A stretch of 64,000 nt of DNA from the human T2T-CHM13v2.0 reference genome, Homo sapiens: assembly GCF_009914755.1 (NCBI RefSeq), contig NC_060926.1, one strand, 5' to 3'. Shown here piece by piece: positions 1 through 12,025 of the stretch. The notes beneath the pieces were generated by a model, which was not told where the DNA came from, searched no databases, and saw only the letters and a list, made by a program, of their open reading frames with translations. Position 1 is the first letter of the stretch. Every line of letters begins with the position of its first letter. Both the position numbers and the translations under genes were made by a program.

Positions 1-985
1 ATCAAGTCTACTTGTATTTTTGGTTGTAATCAGGATCTAGCAACATTTTTGTCATTATAACAAAGTATGTATTATTAAAAACTAAAGTCATGAGATGAAA
101 AATTTCAAATTATTACCCTGAAACCTTAATCTTTCAAAAGTTGAATGGAAATAATATTTAAAATATGTCTAAAACATTTCTTGAGAAAGTGACATAGCTC
201 TTCAGAAAACAGAATGGGCCTGTTAAATCAGACCAGGTACTGAACATCAATCTATTTCAATGTAGTCTTTTATACCACAACAGACTGGATTATAGATAAC
301 TAAAATGGTCACATACATCTTATAGTGCTCTTCACACTTAGTGTCATTTGTAAATGCAAATAAAAATTTCAATCTAACATTTATGCACTAACTGCTATGT
401 CTGAATCAGCTTTTCCCGTTGTGTGGGTAAAAGGGAAATTTAGTGACAAATATGTACCTGTAAGATTTGAAAAAGCAACAAACCGCCAGTTAGGTGAAGA
501 GAGGGTGGAAGAAGGGGAACTTAGAAGAAAGTACAAACAGATTTTGAAATATGTACTGAAAATAGGGATGAATTATTTCACAGTTTTAAAATGTCTGATT
601 TTCTAAGCACAAAATGATGATAACTTCTACTTAATAAATAAGATTTCAAAGCAAATGAGTGCAAGATAATATAATGGTCAAATATTAATAGGTATTAATC
701 AACATTTATTATTAATAATTAGTATTATTAATATCATTTGGGCATTAGTTTAATGGCCAAATAATTAGATGGTTAAATAACTATAACTAAAATATCATTA
801 TACGTATATATGCAAATCACATTACATTTCCCTATCTTGTTTATGTAGTAATATTAATAATTTGGATGATTCACCAGAGTGTTTCTTTAAAACAGTATTA
901 CTCATAGAGCACAATTGATTCCAGGTGGCCAGACTTAGTGGTAATCCATGAAGATTTTGCTAGTCAGCATGTTCAAATAACCTGT

Positions 986-1341
986 TGATATGGTTTGGTT
1001 GTGTCCCCAGCCAAATGTCATTTTGAATTCCCAAGTGCTGTGGGAGGGACCTGGTGGGAAGTAAATGAATCATGGGGGGCAGGTCTTTCCCATGCTCTTC
1101 TCATGATAGTAAATAAGTCTCACGAGAACTGATGATTCTATAAGGGGAAATTTCCCTGCACAAGCTCTCTCTTCACCTGCTGCCATCCATGTATGATGTG
1201 ACTTGTTTCTCCTTGCCTTCCACCATGATTGTGAGGCTTCCCCAGCCACATGGAACTCTAAGTCCATTAAACCCTTTTTCTTGTATAAATTACCCAGTTT
1301 CAGGTATGTCTTTATCAACAGTGTGAAAACGGACTAATACA
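986..1341 (+). mobile_element. THE1 (THE1B-like) MaLR solo LTR
   Basis: Starts TGATATGGTTTGG, ends GGACTAATACA; ~355 bp with typical THE1 internal motifs. Confidence 0.92.
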
Positions 1342-2115
1342 TCTATTGTAAGTAAATCAAACTACAGGATACTTCCAAGGATCCAGATCCTCTTATAATA
1401 AAACTCCCACATTTCAAGTATTTCCTCACTAATATTGATTGTAAATAACTAATCAATAAATATGGCCACATCATCATCTTTTATCCCTCCTTTAATGTAA
1501 CGCAAAAATGAAAATGTGTGAAACATGAACACACACACACCCTATGCCAGGGCCTACTGTGTCACTCTCTCAAAGGTCTGTGTTTAAAACTCAGCTTTGT
1601 CAATTAGAGTGTCTGTGGTTTTTAAAGTAAATGAGGAGAAAAAAATCAATACGAAGGACCAGTTTTGGAAAGAGATTGTTTTACAATGGAATAGGGGCTC
1701 TCAATCTTGGGACAGTGAGAAAGGTAAACCTCAAACCTCTGTAGTTTACTAAAACCCTATTGATAATTTTGAGACAAACTCTCTCTTCCCCTAAATCGAA
1801 ACAACTACCTTCAGAAAAATGTCTTATAGACATATTCTCATGCAAGACAAGTCTATGTAAATGGTTGAACTGATATCAAAGTGTCTTCTCTAACATTCTA
1901 TATCTGTTTCTGAAAATCAACTTGTTAGATATTTCTCTAAGTATAAATTATATGCATACTCTATTCAAAATATAACATTCTGGGACAGGAGTTGGCTGTG
2001 GAGGAAGGAGTTAAGATATGTACGTCCTTAAAACATGCTCTGAGTTTTCTTTCAATTTCATCTTAATAACTATCAAAGAGTATAATAGTCAAGATACAGG
2101 AAATATAATGGTTGT

Positions 2116-2461
2116 TGTATTAGTCTGTTCTCATGCTGATGATAAAGACACACCCAAGACTGGACAATTTACAAAAGAAAGAGGTTTAATGGACTTACAG
2201 TTCCACGTGGCTGGGGAGGCCACACAATCATGCCAGAAGGTGAAAACCACATCTCACATGGTGGCAGACAAGAGAAGAGAGTTTGTGCAGGGAAACTCCC
2301 GTTTTTAAAACCATCAGATTTCATGAGACCCCCTCACTGTCACAAGAGCAGCATAGGGAAGACTCACCCCCGTGATTCAATTACCTCCCACTGAGTGCCT
2401 CCCACAACATGTGGGAAATCAAGATGAGATTTGGGTGGGGACACAGAGCCAAACCATATCA
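2116..2461 (-). mobile_element. THE1 (THE1B-like) MaLR solo LTR
   Basis: TGTATTAGTC...CCAAACCATATCA (reverse-complement THE1); 5-bp TSD gttgt/gctgt. Confidence 0.92.
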
Positions 2462-3394
2462 GCTGTGTAAAGAAAGTAAAGTTGTTTTGGAATATGAAAA
2501 CCATTTCAATGGGGCAAATGTACAAGTAGCAAAGGCCAGGGTTACCAAAATGAAGAAATGTGATGTTTAGTGTGTTGTCAGGGCAGTGAAAAGATGGCGA
2601 GGGGAGACTGAAGAGAAAGTAACTAGGAACCAGAAAGTTTACTCAAAGGGAAGGTTTGAAAGAAAATTTGGCCTATTCCAAAACTTGCCAATGTTCATAT
2701 TTGTTCAGACTGGACTGAAACATTTTTCTTTGAATTCTAGAGGTTCACTTACCATAGCATCCTAAGGCATCCTAATCTTTTCAACTGTCTTGGAATCAGA
2801 AATCAGAGAAAAAATCATTTTGGTAAAATAAACTCAAAACCTACAATTTAAACATTAAATCTGGAATATTTTGTAACCATCGTATCACTCACACTTTGGA
2901 AGTAAATTGAGGCTTTCATAACTTCATCAAAGTTTAGCCAGCTTGAAAATCTTTTTATAACATAAAGCAGGTAATCATGGAAAAGCCAAGTCCCTGTTTA
3001 ACAACTTTGCACTTGCCTGATCAAGTCATTTCATGTAATTTCCTTCCTCAAAACATTCATGAGATGAGCCATAGATTTTGGCCGCCATTGGAATAAGTTA
3101 TAGATGAGCAATGTGGCATAACTTTAATGATGGTTTTACCTACTTTATGAGAAATATAGATTGATTCATTGTGCACTATTAAACCAGAGGTGATTATATG
3201 TAACTCTTCACTGTATAATGACAAGAATTTAAAAAAATTTCAATACATATCCACTTTGGCAATAATCTAATCATTATAACGGGTACACTTACTTGTTTGA
3301 GATCCATTTTTATGGCTACTTTCAGATATCGCCACACCAACATGCACATTTCATTATAGCTAATCTGACCCTACATCAACTTGGCATGATGGAT

Positions 3395-3565
3395 ATAAGC
3401 ACTGGATTAAGAATCAAGAAAATCAAAGGAATCAAGAATCAACATTTTTCCATTCTACCAATAACTTCTCATATGTTTTAAGAAGTCACTGAGTATTTCT
3501 GAATTGAATTTTTCTTATATATAAATTACAGTGTCTAAGATTTCTTCCAACCCTAGAATGTATTA
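3395..3565 (+). mobile_element. MIR-family SINE, degenerate
   Basis: gcactggattaagaatcaagaa...ctaagatttcttccaaccctagaat resembles the MIR core and 3' end. Confidence 0.5.
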
Positions 3566-3807
3566 TTGTATGAAACTACTCTTCAACACCTTCTATTGTA
3601 CCTTCCACATTCATTTTCCATTATTTCTTTGTTACTTTCGTTTTTCTCTTTAAATTCTCAAAGGAACATCCATTAGCTTCAGAGCTTCTGACCAGGCTGT
3701 TCTATATACAAATAGTGATAGTATCCTCCCCAAACCTTAATTCAGTACAAGGCCTATTTCTCTCAGGAAGTTTTCCCTGACGACCAGAATCCATTGTGTA
3801 ACCCTCA

Positions 3808-4420
3808 ATTATTCAGTCATTCATGTATCAAATGTATAATAAGGCCCACTATGTATCACTATCAATACAACAACCACTATCAATACAATTCAGACCCCTT
3901 TTTAGCATGGAGCTCCAACTCTAGTGGGGAAGTCAAACACATAATCAATACTCTAATAACATGAAATTACATGCTTGAGGGAGATTAAAGAGGAGCATCT
4001 AATCTCATTTTGGAATGGTTAAAAAGAGGATAGGGATGATTAGAAGATGTGATGTGGAAACTCAGGCCAAATGACTTACAGCTAGAAGAAAAATGAAGAT
4101 GGGCAAGAGGCAGTAGATAGGCTATATAGTGACAGTAGGAAGAGAAAGGATCACAGATGGAGGGTTGAGGAATCAGTAAAAACAAAAACATCCTAGAGAC
4201 ATGAGGGAGTATGAGGTATCTGAGGCACTGAAAGTGTAAAGTGTTTATTACCATGGAGAAAAGACTTTTGAAGAAAATGATAATGAGAAGATGACTGGAG
4301 AGGTAAACAGAAAGATGGTCATGAATAATCTAATAATTTTGCACTTTAGTAAGATTAGTTTGGATGCTGTGTGAAAGATTGATTAGAATTAGAAAAATCA
4401 AGTTAGGGAGATTAGAGAGT
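3808..4420 (-). mobile_element. L2 LINE 3' fragment
   Basis: attcagtcattcat...cccactatgt...ggagctccaactctagtgggga followed by purine-rich antisense L2 sequence. Confidence 0.65.
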
Positions 4421-4617
4421 AGACCTTTGATCCACTTTTGTATTAATTAGTTTTCTTTTTCAGTTTGCAATACGTGTTTACTAGACTCACAAAATTAAAC
4501 AAAAAATGTAACCACTGATATACTGCTGTGTTCTATAGGTAGTCAATAAATATTTATCCATAGAAATGTGGCATGAAATTTATTTAAAATCATGGGGTTA
4601 TGCTATAAGTGCCTTTT

Positions 4618-4737
4618 TAAAATTTTTTTTATTTTGGAATAATTTTAGATTTATAAAAAAGTTGCAATGATAGTACAGAGTTTTCATATGTCCCTAAGTC
4701 ACTTTCCCCTAATGTCAACATCTTATATAACCATAGA
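4618..4737 (-). mobile_element. L1MC-type 3' end fragment
   Basis: ttggaataattttagatttata...ttcccctaatgtcaacatcttatataaccatag. Confidence 0.7.
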
Positions 4738-5311
4738 GTAAGCACCTTTTGGTTCTCAGAAAAGATGCTGGTCTATCTAACTGATGGCTTTTATTTCCTT
4801 ATCTTTAGTTGGAACAGACCTTTGGTTAATTGATAAAAAATGATAAAATTTTTAAACAGATGCTTACCCAAAAAAGTGATAGAAATTTGTATATTACTAT
4901 TGAGTTGGAATATATTATCCTATAAGATAATGATTGTTACAATTTACACTAGGACAATATTAACAAATGTTTATTTAAAGTGGAAGTATTACAGCCTTGG
5001 TCATATGAAATGCCAGCTAGTAAATCATGATCTATAATTATTTTAGAAAATTTGGTTTCCCAATAACCACAATGTCTGATGCAGTCTCAGTTGGAGTAGA
5101 CAAGAAGCAGAACTGCAACAGATTTTGAAATTAAATAGTTTATATATTTATATTCAAAATGATTAAAATTATATGATGTTTTTCATAGTTTTAGCTATCT
5201 TCAAACATCAGAGGTACTATCTTATATTTTTCTAGGTCAGTCTTCATTCTATTGACTACAGAAGACTGGTTATAGGTTATAGAGAAATAATTTTGATTTT
5301 TAAAGTCAAAC

Positions 5312-5682
5312 TGTGAGTCATGTCATAAGTCAAAACACGACTTCATTTTCTTTTTCTTGTGGACACAGAAAGATCATATTTCCCAACATCCCTTGTAATC
5401 AGGTTGGGGTCATAGGACTGGGTTTTAGTCAATGGGATGTGGGCAGAAGTGATATGCAGTATTTCCAAGGATAGTTGTTAACCTCATTGCATCATTGTCT
5501 TACTCTTGTCATTCTTTCATGACCTAAAATACCAAGTATTTATTATGAGAGATACCTGGGTCATCTCTAAGTTAGAACCTAGAGGGGAGCCACCAGCCAC
5601 CCAGCTTACATAAGACTATAAAATAAGAGAGAATTAAACTGTTCTATCAAACTCTGAAATTCTGGAAGTATTGCCTGATACA
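5312..5682 (+). mobile_element. MLT1 (MLT1J/I-like) MaLR LTR
   Basis: atttcccaacatcccttgtaatcaggttggggtcat...caatgggatgtgggcagaagtgat; ends ctgataca. Confidence 0.65.
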
Positions 5683-6266
5683 CTTTTGTATCCCCAAACT
5701 CCATATTTCATTAAGAGAAACATCTTATTTTGTAAATTTCTTTAAAAACTTTTTTAACATTAGCCAAGATTCTCAATCAATTTTGCAAATACGTTTTGAT
5801 CTATTATTTTAAGCATTGGGAACTGTGAATAAACAAAATATGCTCATAGACAAGCTTATGGATGAGAAGTTCATGTCTAAGTTACCATAAAACAGTATAG
5901 AAGAAAAATTCCTTGGACATACAAGTTTTTGTTTAAGTCCTAGATATAACAATTATTAATTGTGACTTTTGGTGTATCTTTCTTATACTTACTCTTCAAG
6001 GGCTCAATAAATGCTCTTTTTAATCTACCTTTGTTTCTTCTTCTCCTTATAGTGCCCTTTCTTATCATCATTCATTGATTCACTATCCTAAACATTGAGA
6101 ATTCTAAATCTGAATATTAAGAAAATTTTCAGCGTAGCTACTTTCTTATCTTGACCCTTAGTTAAGGTTCTTCTTCATGCTATGTCATACTGATTTCTGA
6201 AGACAGTATAATTTAAAAGGGAAAAAATAACAAACTTCAAGAAGTATTGGTAATTGAAGGCATTAG

Positions 6267-6460
6267 AGAAGGGAACAGTAGACACTGAGGCCTACTTAAA
6301 AGTGGAGTATGGGAGAAGACTGAGGATCAAAAACCTACCTCTCGGGTACTATGCTTATCACCTGGATGATGAAATAATCTGTACACCAAACCCCCACGAC
6401 AAACAGTTTACCTATATAACGAATGTGCACATGTACCCATAAAACTAAAAGTTAAAAAAG
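6267..6460 (+). mobile_element. L1PA15/16-type 3' UTR fragment
   Basis: gggtactatgcttatcacctggatgatgaaataatctgtacaccaaacccccacgac...A-rich end. Confidence 0.85.
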
Positions 6461-7508
6461 AAATGCAAATCAGGTCACATCAAAATAGTTTTTGGAGAGT
6501 ATGTCCAGGAGACCTTCAGAGATATCACTAAACCAGAACCAAGATGTAGTTATCTAGAAGAAGGTCAGCAGAACCCATCACTCACATAATTCAGACAATA
6601 CATAAATAAGTGTACTGCCCAAACCTATATCCTTTACATAGAACATAAAAGTATTATTAACTATTTATACCAAAAGCTTTATTTTATGCAAAGAATGAAG
6701 AGTAAAAGAATTGTTTAGGGACTTTCAAAGAGAACCATTAATTAAAGCAACACATTCACAAAACTTAACACCTCAATGTACTGGAATATAAATATTCTTA
6801 CAGAACTAAGAAATGTGTTTTTGCAAGTGTTGCTTTGTAGGCATTATTTCCTAAAACGACCGAGGAGGAAAAAAGTCTGTTAATATTGGAGCATAGAGAA
6901 GTGGAAATACGTGTACCTCGGGGCATGAGAAAATATTGTTAAACACAGTGGCTATAGCCACTAACTCAGTAGAAACAGCTTCTACTCAAGTAAAGTGCAA
7001 TCAACCCTGCAATTATAAAAAAAAAACTGAAAAAAATTTAAGTGGAGAGGGAATCTATAACTATAGTCTTAAAAAAACTTGTCATTTCTAATATTAATTC
7101 TAAAGCAGAAATGTTTAATGAGAGTACTAGAAATTAAATTGGCAGAGTCTAGCCAAGTTCTACATTTAGTTTATCACTAGTAGCAAAATAGAAAAATGTA
7201 ACAGTTTGTATAACTCATTTTCCTTTTATTATTGGAATGTTTTCTGGGGATATTTCATACTTTTCACCAGTCCCATTGGAGACTTAGGTATTGGTAAGGA
7301 TAATTAATAATGTGTGGTAAGAATTTTTATTTCATATTTGTATGTCATGTTAGAGTATTGATATATTTAGACAAAATATCACCATGTACTAAGTGAATTG
7401 AACAGAAAAAAAATCAGTTTTGTCATCATCTGTCTACTAATTTGTCATCTATATGAACTAATGTCTTTTCTTTCATATCAGCACATTATTTTCAAATGTA
7501 ACAGTCCT

Positions 7509-7768
7509 TTTTTAAGTCACTAATGTTTTAATAATATTTTCATTGAGAAATAATTCACATACCTTAATATCCACCCTTATAAAGTGTACAATTCCCTGGT
7601 TTTGAGTATACCTATAAAGTTGTACAGCCATCACCACCAACTAATTTGAGAACATTTTCGACATGCCCCCAAAAACCTACTATACATAACCAGTCAATCC
7701 CCACCTCCACCACACCCCCATCCCCTGGCAACCACTAATCTACTTTCCACAGTGGCAAACAAAGACCC
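7509..7768 (-). mobile_element. 5'-truncated L1MB-type 3' end with TSD
   Basis: ttgagaaataattcacatacc...cccctggcaaccactaatctactttc; TSD aatgtaacagtc at 7495 and 7769. Confidence 0.8.
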
Positions 7769-8126
7769 AATGTAACAGTCTTATTAAGAACTGTCAAATT
7801 TATAATCATGCTTCATGGATGAATGTTAGGATAATGATAGTAAGGCAACCAACTTCAATTTAAGTTTGTAGCCTTCTTTTGTACACTCAAGATAAATTAA
7901 AAATTAAAACTCCAAACATCAGACCAAAAGTCAAATTAATGAACGAAGGAAAATATAAATCCCAGTAACTAGTATTATAAGAGATAATCTATCTCCTAGA
8001 ATTTTACCTGAATTGGTAATTATATGGATTTTAGAGGGTATAGTAATAATATTATTGATCTTGCATACTGCTACCTTTTCCTAATTCCTATTCATGTCTT
8101 TTATTCACATTATTTTCTCATGCACA

Positions 8127-8718
8127 CTATAGTACATATTTGTCATGCTTTTTGACTGTTCATATTTTGAACACTTTTTCTCTGTCCAGGAATTACCTAA
8201 ATTACCAAATTATCAGGGCCTTCCTCAGTCTACACAGCCTGGAAATTCCAACTATTCACTTGACCAACCTCTCTTATAGTAGAACAGAAGCATATAACCT
8301 GAGTATTGCTCATTAGGTATACCCACCTCAAACTGGATCAGAAGCTAGTTTTGCAAAAAATTAGGAAGAACAAGGACTCCATTTTTGTAATGCTGCTGCT
8401 ATCAAAGAGAGATACTTCTATTTTCCAAAGACACCAATAGTAGCAGCCTGAATGGCAGAAACCAGAAACCAGTTATTTACTGTTGGTGATTCAAGCTGTG
8501 TGTCTGTACTCAGTGGCAGCAATGATAATGTCTTCCCTGGAAGCCCTGATAGTTTGTATTCTGCTATAAGAAAGGTTGGGCAAGTGCACAGTTGGAATTT
8601 TCGGGCTGTATAGTCTGAGGGTTGTTCCCAATAATATGATAACTCAGGTAATTTCTGAATAGAGGAAAAGTGTTCAAAATATGGACAGTCAAAAAAGTAT
8701 GGCAAATACACACTACAG
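8127..8718. repeat. ERVL-type LTR (LTR50/LTR41-like) carrying an inverted copy of its first ~160 bp
   Basis: 8127-8284 aligns with the reverse complement of 8559-8718 at roughly 80% identity; family assignment tentative. Confidence 0.75.
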
Positions 8719-9196
8719 AGTATGAGGAAATGATCTAAAGGAGAGATGATTTGAGCATCGTTCTAGGCTATATGATCTCCAAGTATGATTCTATGGTTCC
8801 TTTTGAGATGATAAGAGGTAACATGTATGTTTTTAAGAAGACATTTTTCTGTGGAAATTACCTAGAATTCTTGTAGATAGTTTTCAAATAAATACCTTGG
8901 CTAATATTAAAGTTGACATGACATTTTTGGTTTCTCTCACTTTGAGAAGAAGACAAATATGTTTTATATAACTGTGAGGAGTTGTGTTGTATATTTGCAG
9001 GAAAAGTCTATGCATGAATATTGCATAGCCAAAGGTATAGGCAGTGTCAGATACTTGTGATTGTAAGCCATACCCTTATGTCCTTGTTCTAAATACCACT
9101 CAAAGCTTTTTTCTTATTATCGCAACCTATCACCAACTGTAGAGGTTAAAACGCCAATTATTTGTTTCACCAGCCTCCCTTTCATTTCTGTCATGA

Positions 9197-9552
<356 letters not shown>

Positions 9553-9807
9553 ATGTGTTCACTTTTTGATGAAGGTTTTTCCATCATAATAAAAAGAGAG
9601 CTTTGATAAGAAATACCTGTTTTCTTTTCCTGATTATTTTTGTTTCAAAATGTGATTCCTGAAACTGTAACCACTATTTTGTAACTATGAGGAGTCAAAC
9701 CTAAAATGCAAACTATTATATCAAAGAAGTTAAGAGCTGAGCCACTGAATAAACCCTGAAAACGCGCTGAATTTATAATTATGATATCAAGAAATAATAA
9801 TCTAATT

Positions 9808-9914
9808 GTTTAATAGAGTTTTAACTGGGTATCCTCTTACTTGTAGCTGAAAACAATGTTGGGTTTAATAGATATTAACTGAGTATCCTTTTACTTATAA
9901 CTGAAAACAATGTT
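9808..9914. repeat. 55-bp tandem duplication of the LTR 3' end
   Basis: gtttaataga..ttaactg.gtatcc..ttactt.ta.ctgaaaacaatgtt occurs twice (9808, 9863). Confidence 0.85.
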
Positions 9915-10399
9915 AAATGATATCCCACAGACAATGAATGAGTAAACTGCTAAGCAATAGAGGGTAAATTAATGGGGATTTATGGAATATTTGTCACTGA
10001 AATGTAATAAGCACATAGACTATGAATATGGAAATATATTTTTTGGTTCATTAATGAAATTAATTAGTAGAAAATATTTTTTCAACTGAACAAGAAAATG
10101 AATAATTTTCTTTAACAGTATACATTATAATTCTGGACTGTTGTGCAAAATTCAAAGAAAGTCCCATGTCATTCTTTGCTAATTACAAAATGTATGACTG
10201 TTGAGGAAAAACAACCCTCTTCCAGGAACCTTCTTCAAAGACACAATTATATAGAGAATACTTCAGTGATTTCTCCTATTCAGAATGTATTGTTTTATAC
10301 TTCTGAATAGGGTATCAACTCCTCTTGACAAAGCAAATTTATGTCACTTAAAATGAATATTAAGTTAGAGAAATGGCAAATAAATTTATCTCCTACTCC

Positions 10400-10850
10400 A
10401 AAATATGCAGAGTTAGAATATTGAGTGTTTGTTTAATACAGAGAATTACTTTCAAAGATGTTAGACAAGCTGAAATCACAATCAGGAAAGGTGAAGCTAC
10501 CTCAAAATTTGGAACAATATAGGAAGCCACTATCACCCTGAAGGTTAGGCAGATAAATAGAGAAAGCAGTAACAATGAAACCAATGAGCTGAGGCCTTCT
10601 GGCAAAAGTGCAAACCTTGATGGACTTCATGGTCAGGTTTGACTGTGAAGGGTCAGTTATCTGCTGTCCAGAGCCATGGAGAAAAATGTGGCTGCTGCCA
10701 GAGTGGCCACCTGATTTATCAGGTGAGATACCCTGAAAGGAGAATGGAGAAATACCCTGACTTCTTTCTTCCTCTTACCCTCCAATCTTCCTACTTCTCT
10801 CTATTCTGCCTTTCCATTGGCCTAATCTAATCAGAAACCGGCTGCCAAGT
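10400..10850 (-). mobile_element. Old MLT1-type LTR remnant
   Basis: ctgcctttccattggcctaatctaatcagaaacc resembles an antisense MLT1 motif. Confidence 0.4.
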
Positions 10851-11019
10851 TAATTTCTATGTTTCTAGTAGATTGTTAGTTCTACGAAATTGTTTTCATT
10901 ACTGTTTTATCCTTTAGGACTTGGACAGTGACTAGCACATGGCACTCAGGAAGTATTTCTTGAAAGAATAGATAGCAACACAGTTTTCTATAGAATTTCA
11001 TAATCTCCATCATGCTTTG

Positions 11020-11700
11020 ATAGAGATGATAGGCCAAAATAATACGACATAATTGGAGGTTCGCATAAATGGATACATATAAAACATTGTATTCTACAAA
11101 TATATAATATAGTATGATTTCAAGTATTTGTAAAACACTTATAAAAACTGATAAAAATTACTTACAAAGGAAATATTTACATTCTAAAATATCAAATTGT
11201 ATACAAGATAATTTGATTCAATTATTTATTAATTGGAATTTTTCAAAAGCTGAATTTTAACTTTTAAAAATGTACATACTATGAAAAACAAATCTATGAT
11301 TACAATCATAAAATAAGAAAATAAGAATAGCAGCTTATGTACCATGTGATTAAAATTGTATTTTGAGGCAAAAATATAGCATAAAGTAATTTCAAGATTT
11401 AAAAAATGATTAAAAAGTTTAACCAAGTCAAGAAATTACAAACATAACCAAACAAACCCAGAAAAGCAGAAGAAATAAAATAATAAAGACAAGGACAAAA
11501 TAAATGAAAAAAAAAAAAACCACAGAATTGCTAAATAAATACAAATGCTATTAAAAAATACACACTGGAAGTTTTATTTAAAAAATAGGCAAACATTAGA
11601 ATGAGAAAGTACATACAGGAGAAGAGAGAAAATATTACATTATAAATGCTATGCACAAAATAAATGACTTACGAGGAAAAGCGTCAAATTAAGTTTAATA
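11020..11700 (+). mobile_element. Ancient L1M ORF2 fragment
   Basis: A-rich; aaacccagaaaagcagaagaaataaaataataaagacaagg matches the L1 ORF2 post-endonuclease region. Confidence 0.55.
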
Positions 11701-11714
11701 AAAATACATAACTT

Positions 11715-12025
<311 letters not shown>

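Noticed and set aside
3287-3340. Minus-strand donor AA|GTAAGT with a short open frame
   Set aside because: Isolated signal with no convincing acceptor or partner exon
8418-8711. 97-aa minus-strand ORF with an apparent splice acceptor
   Set aside because: It lies within the LTR-derived inverted repeat and resembles no protein I know
10275-10311. Small hairpin cctattcagaa...ttctgaatagg
   Set aside because: Too short for a pre-miRNA and within chance expectation
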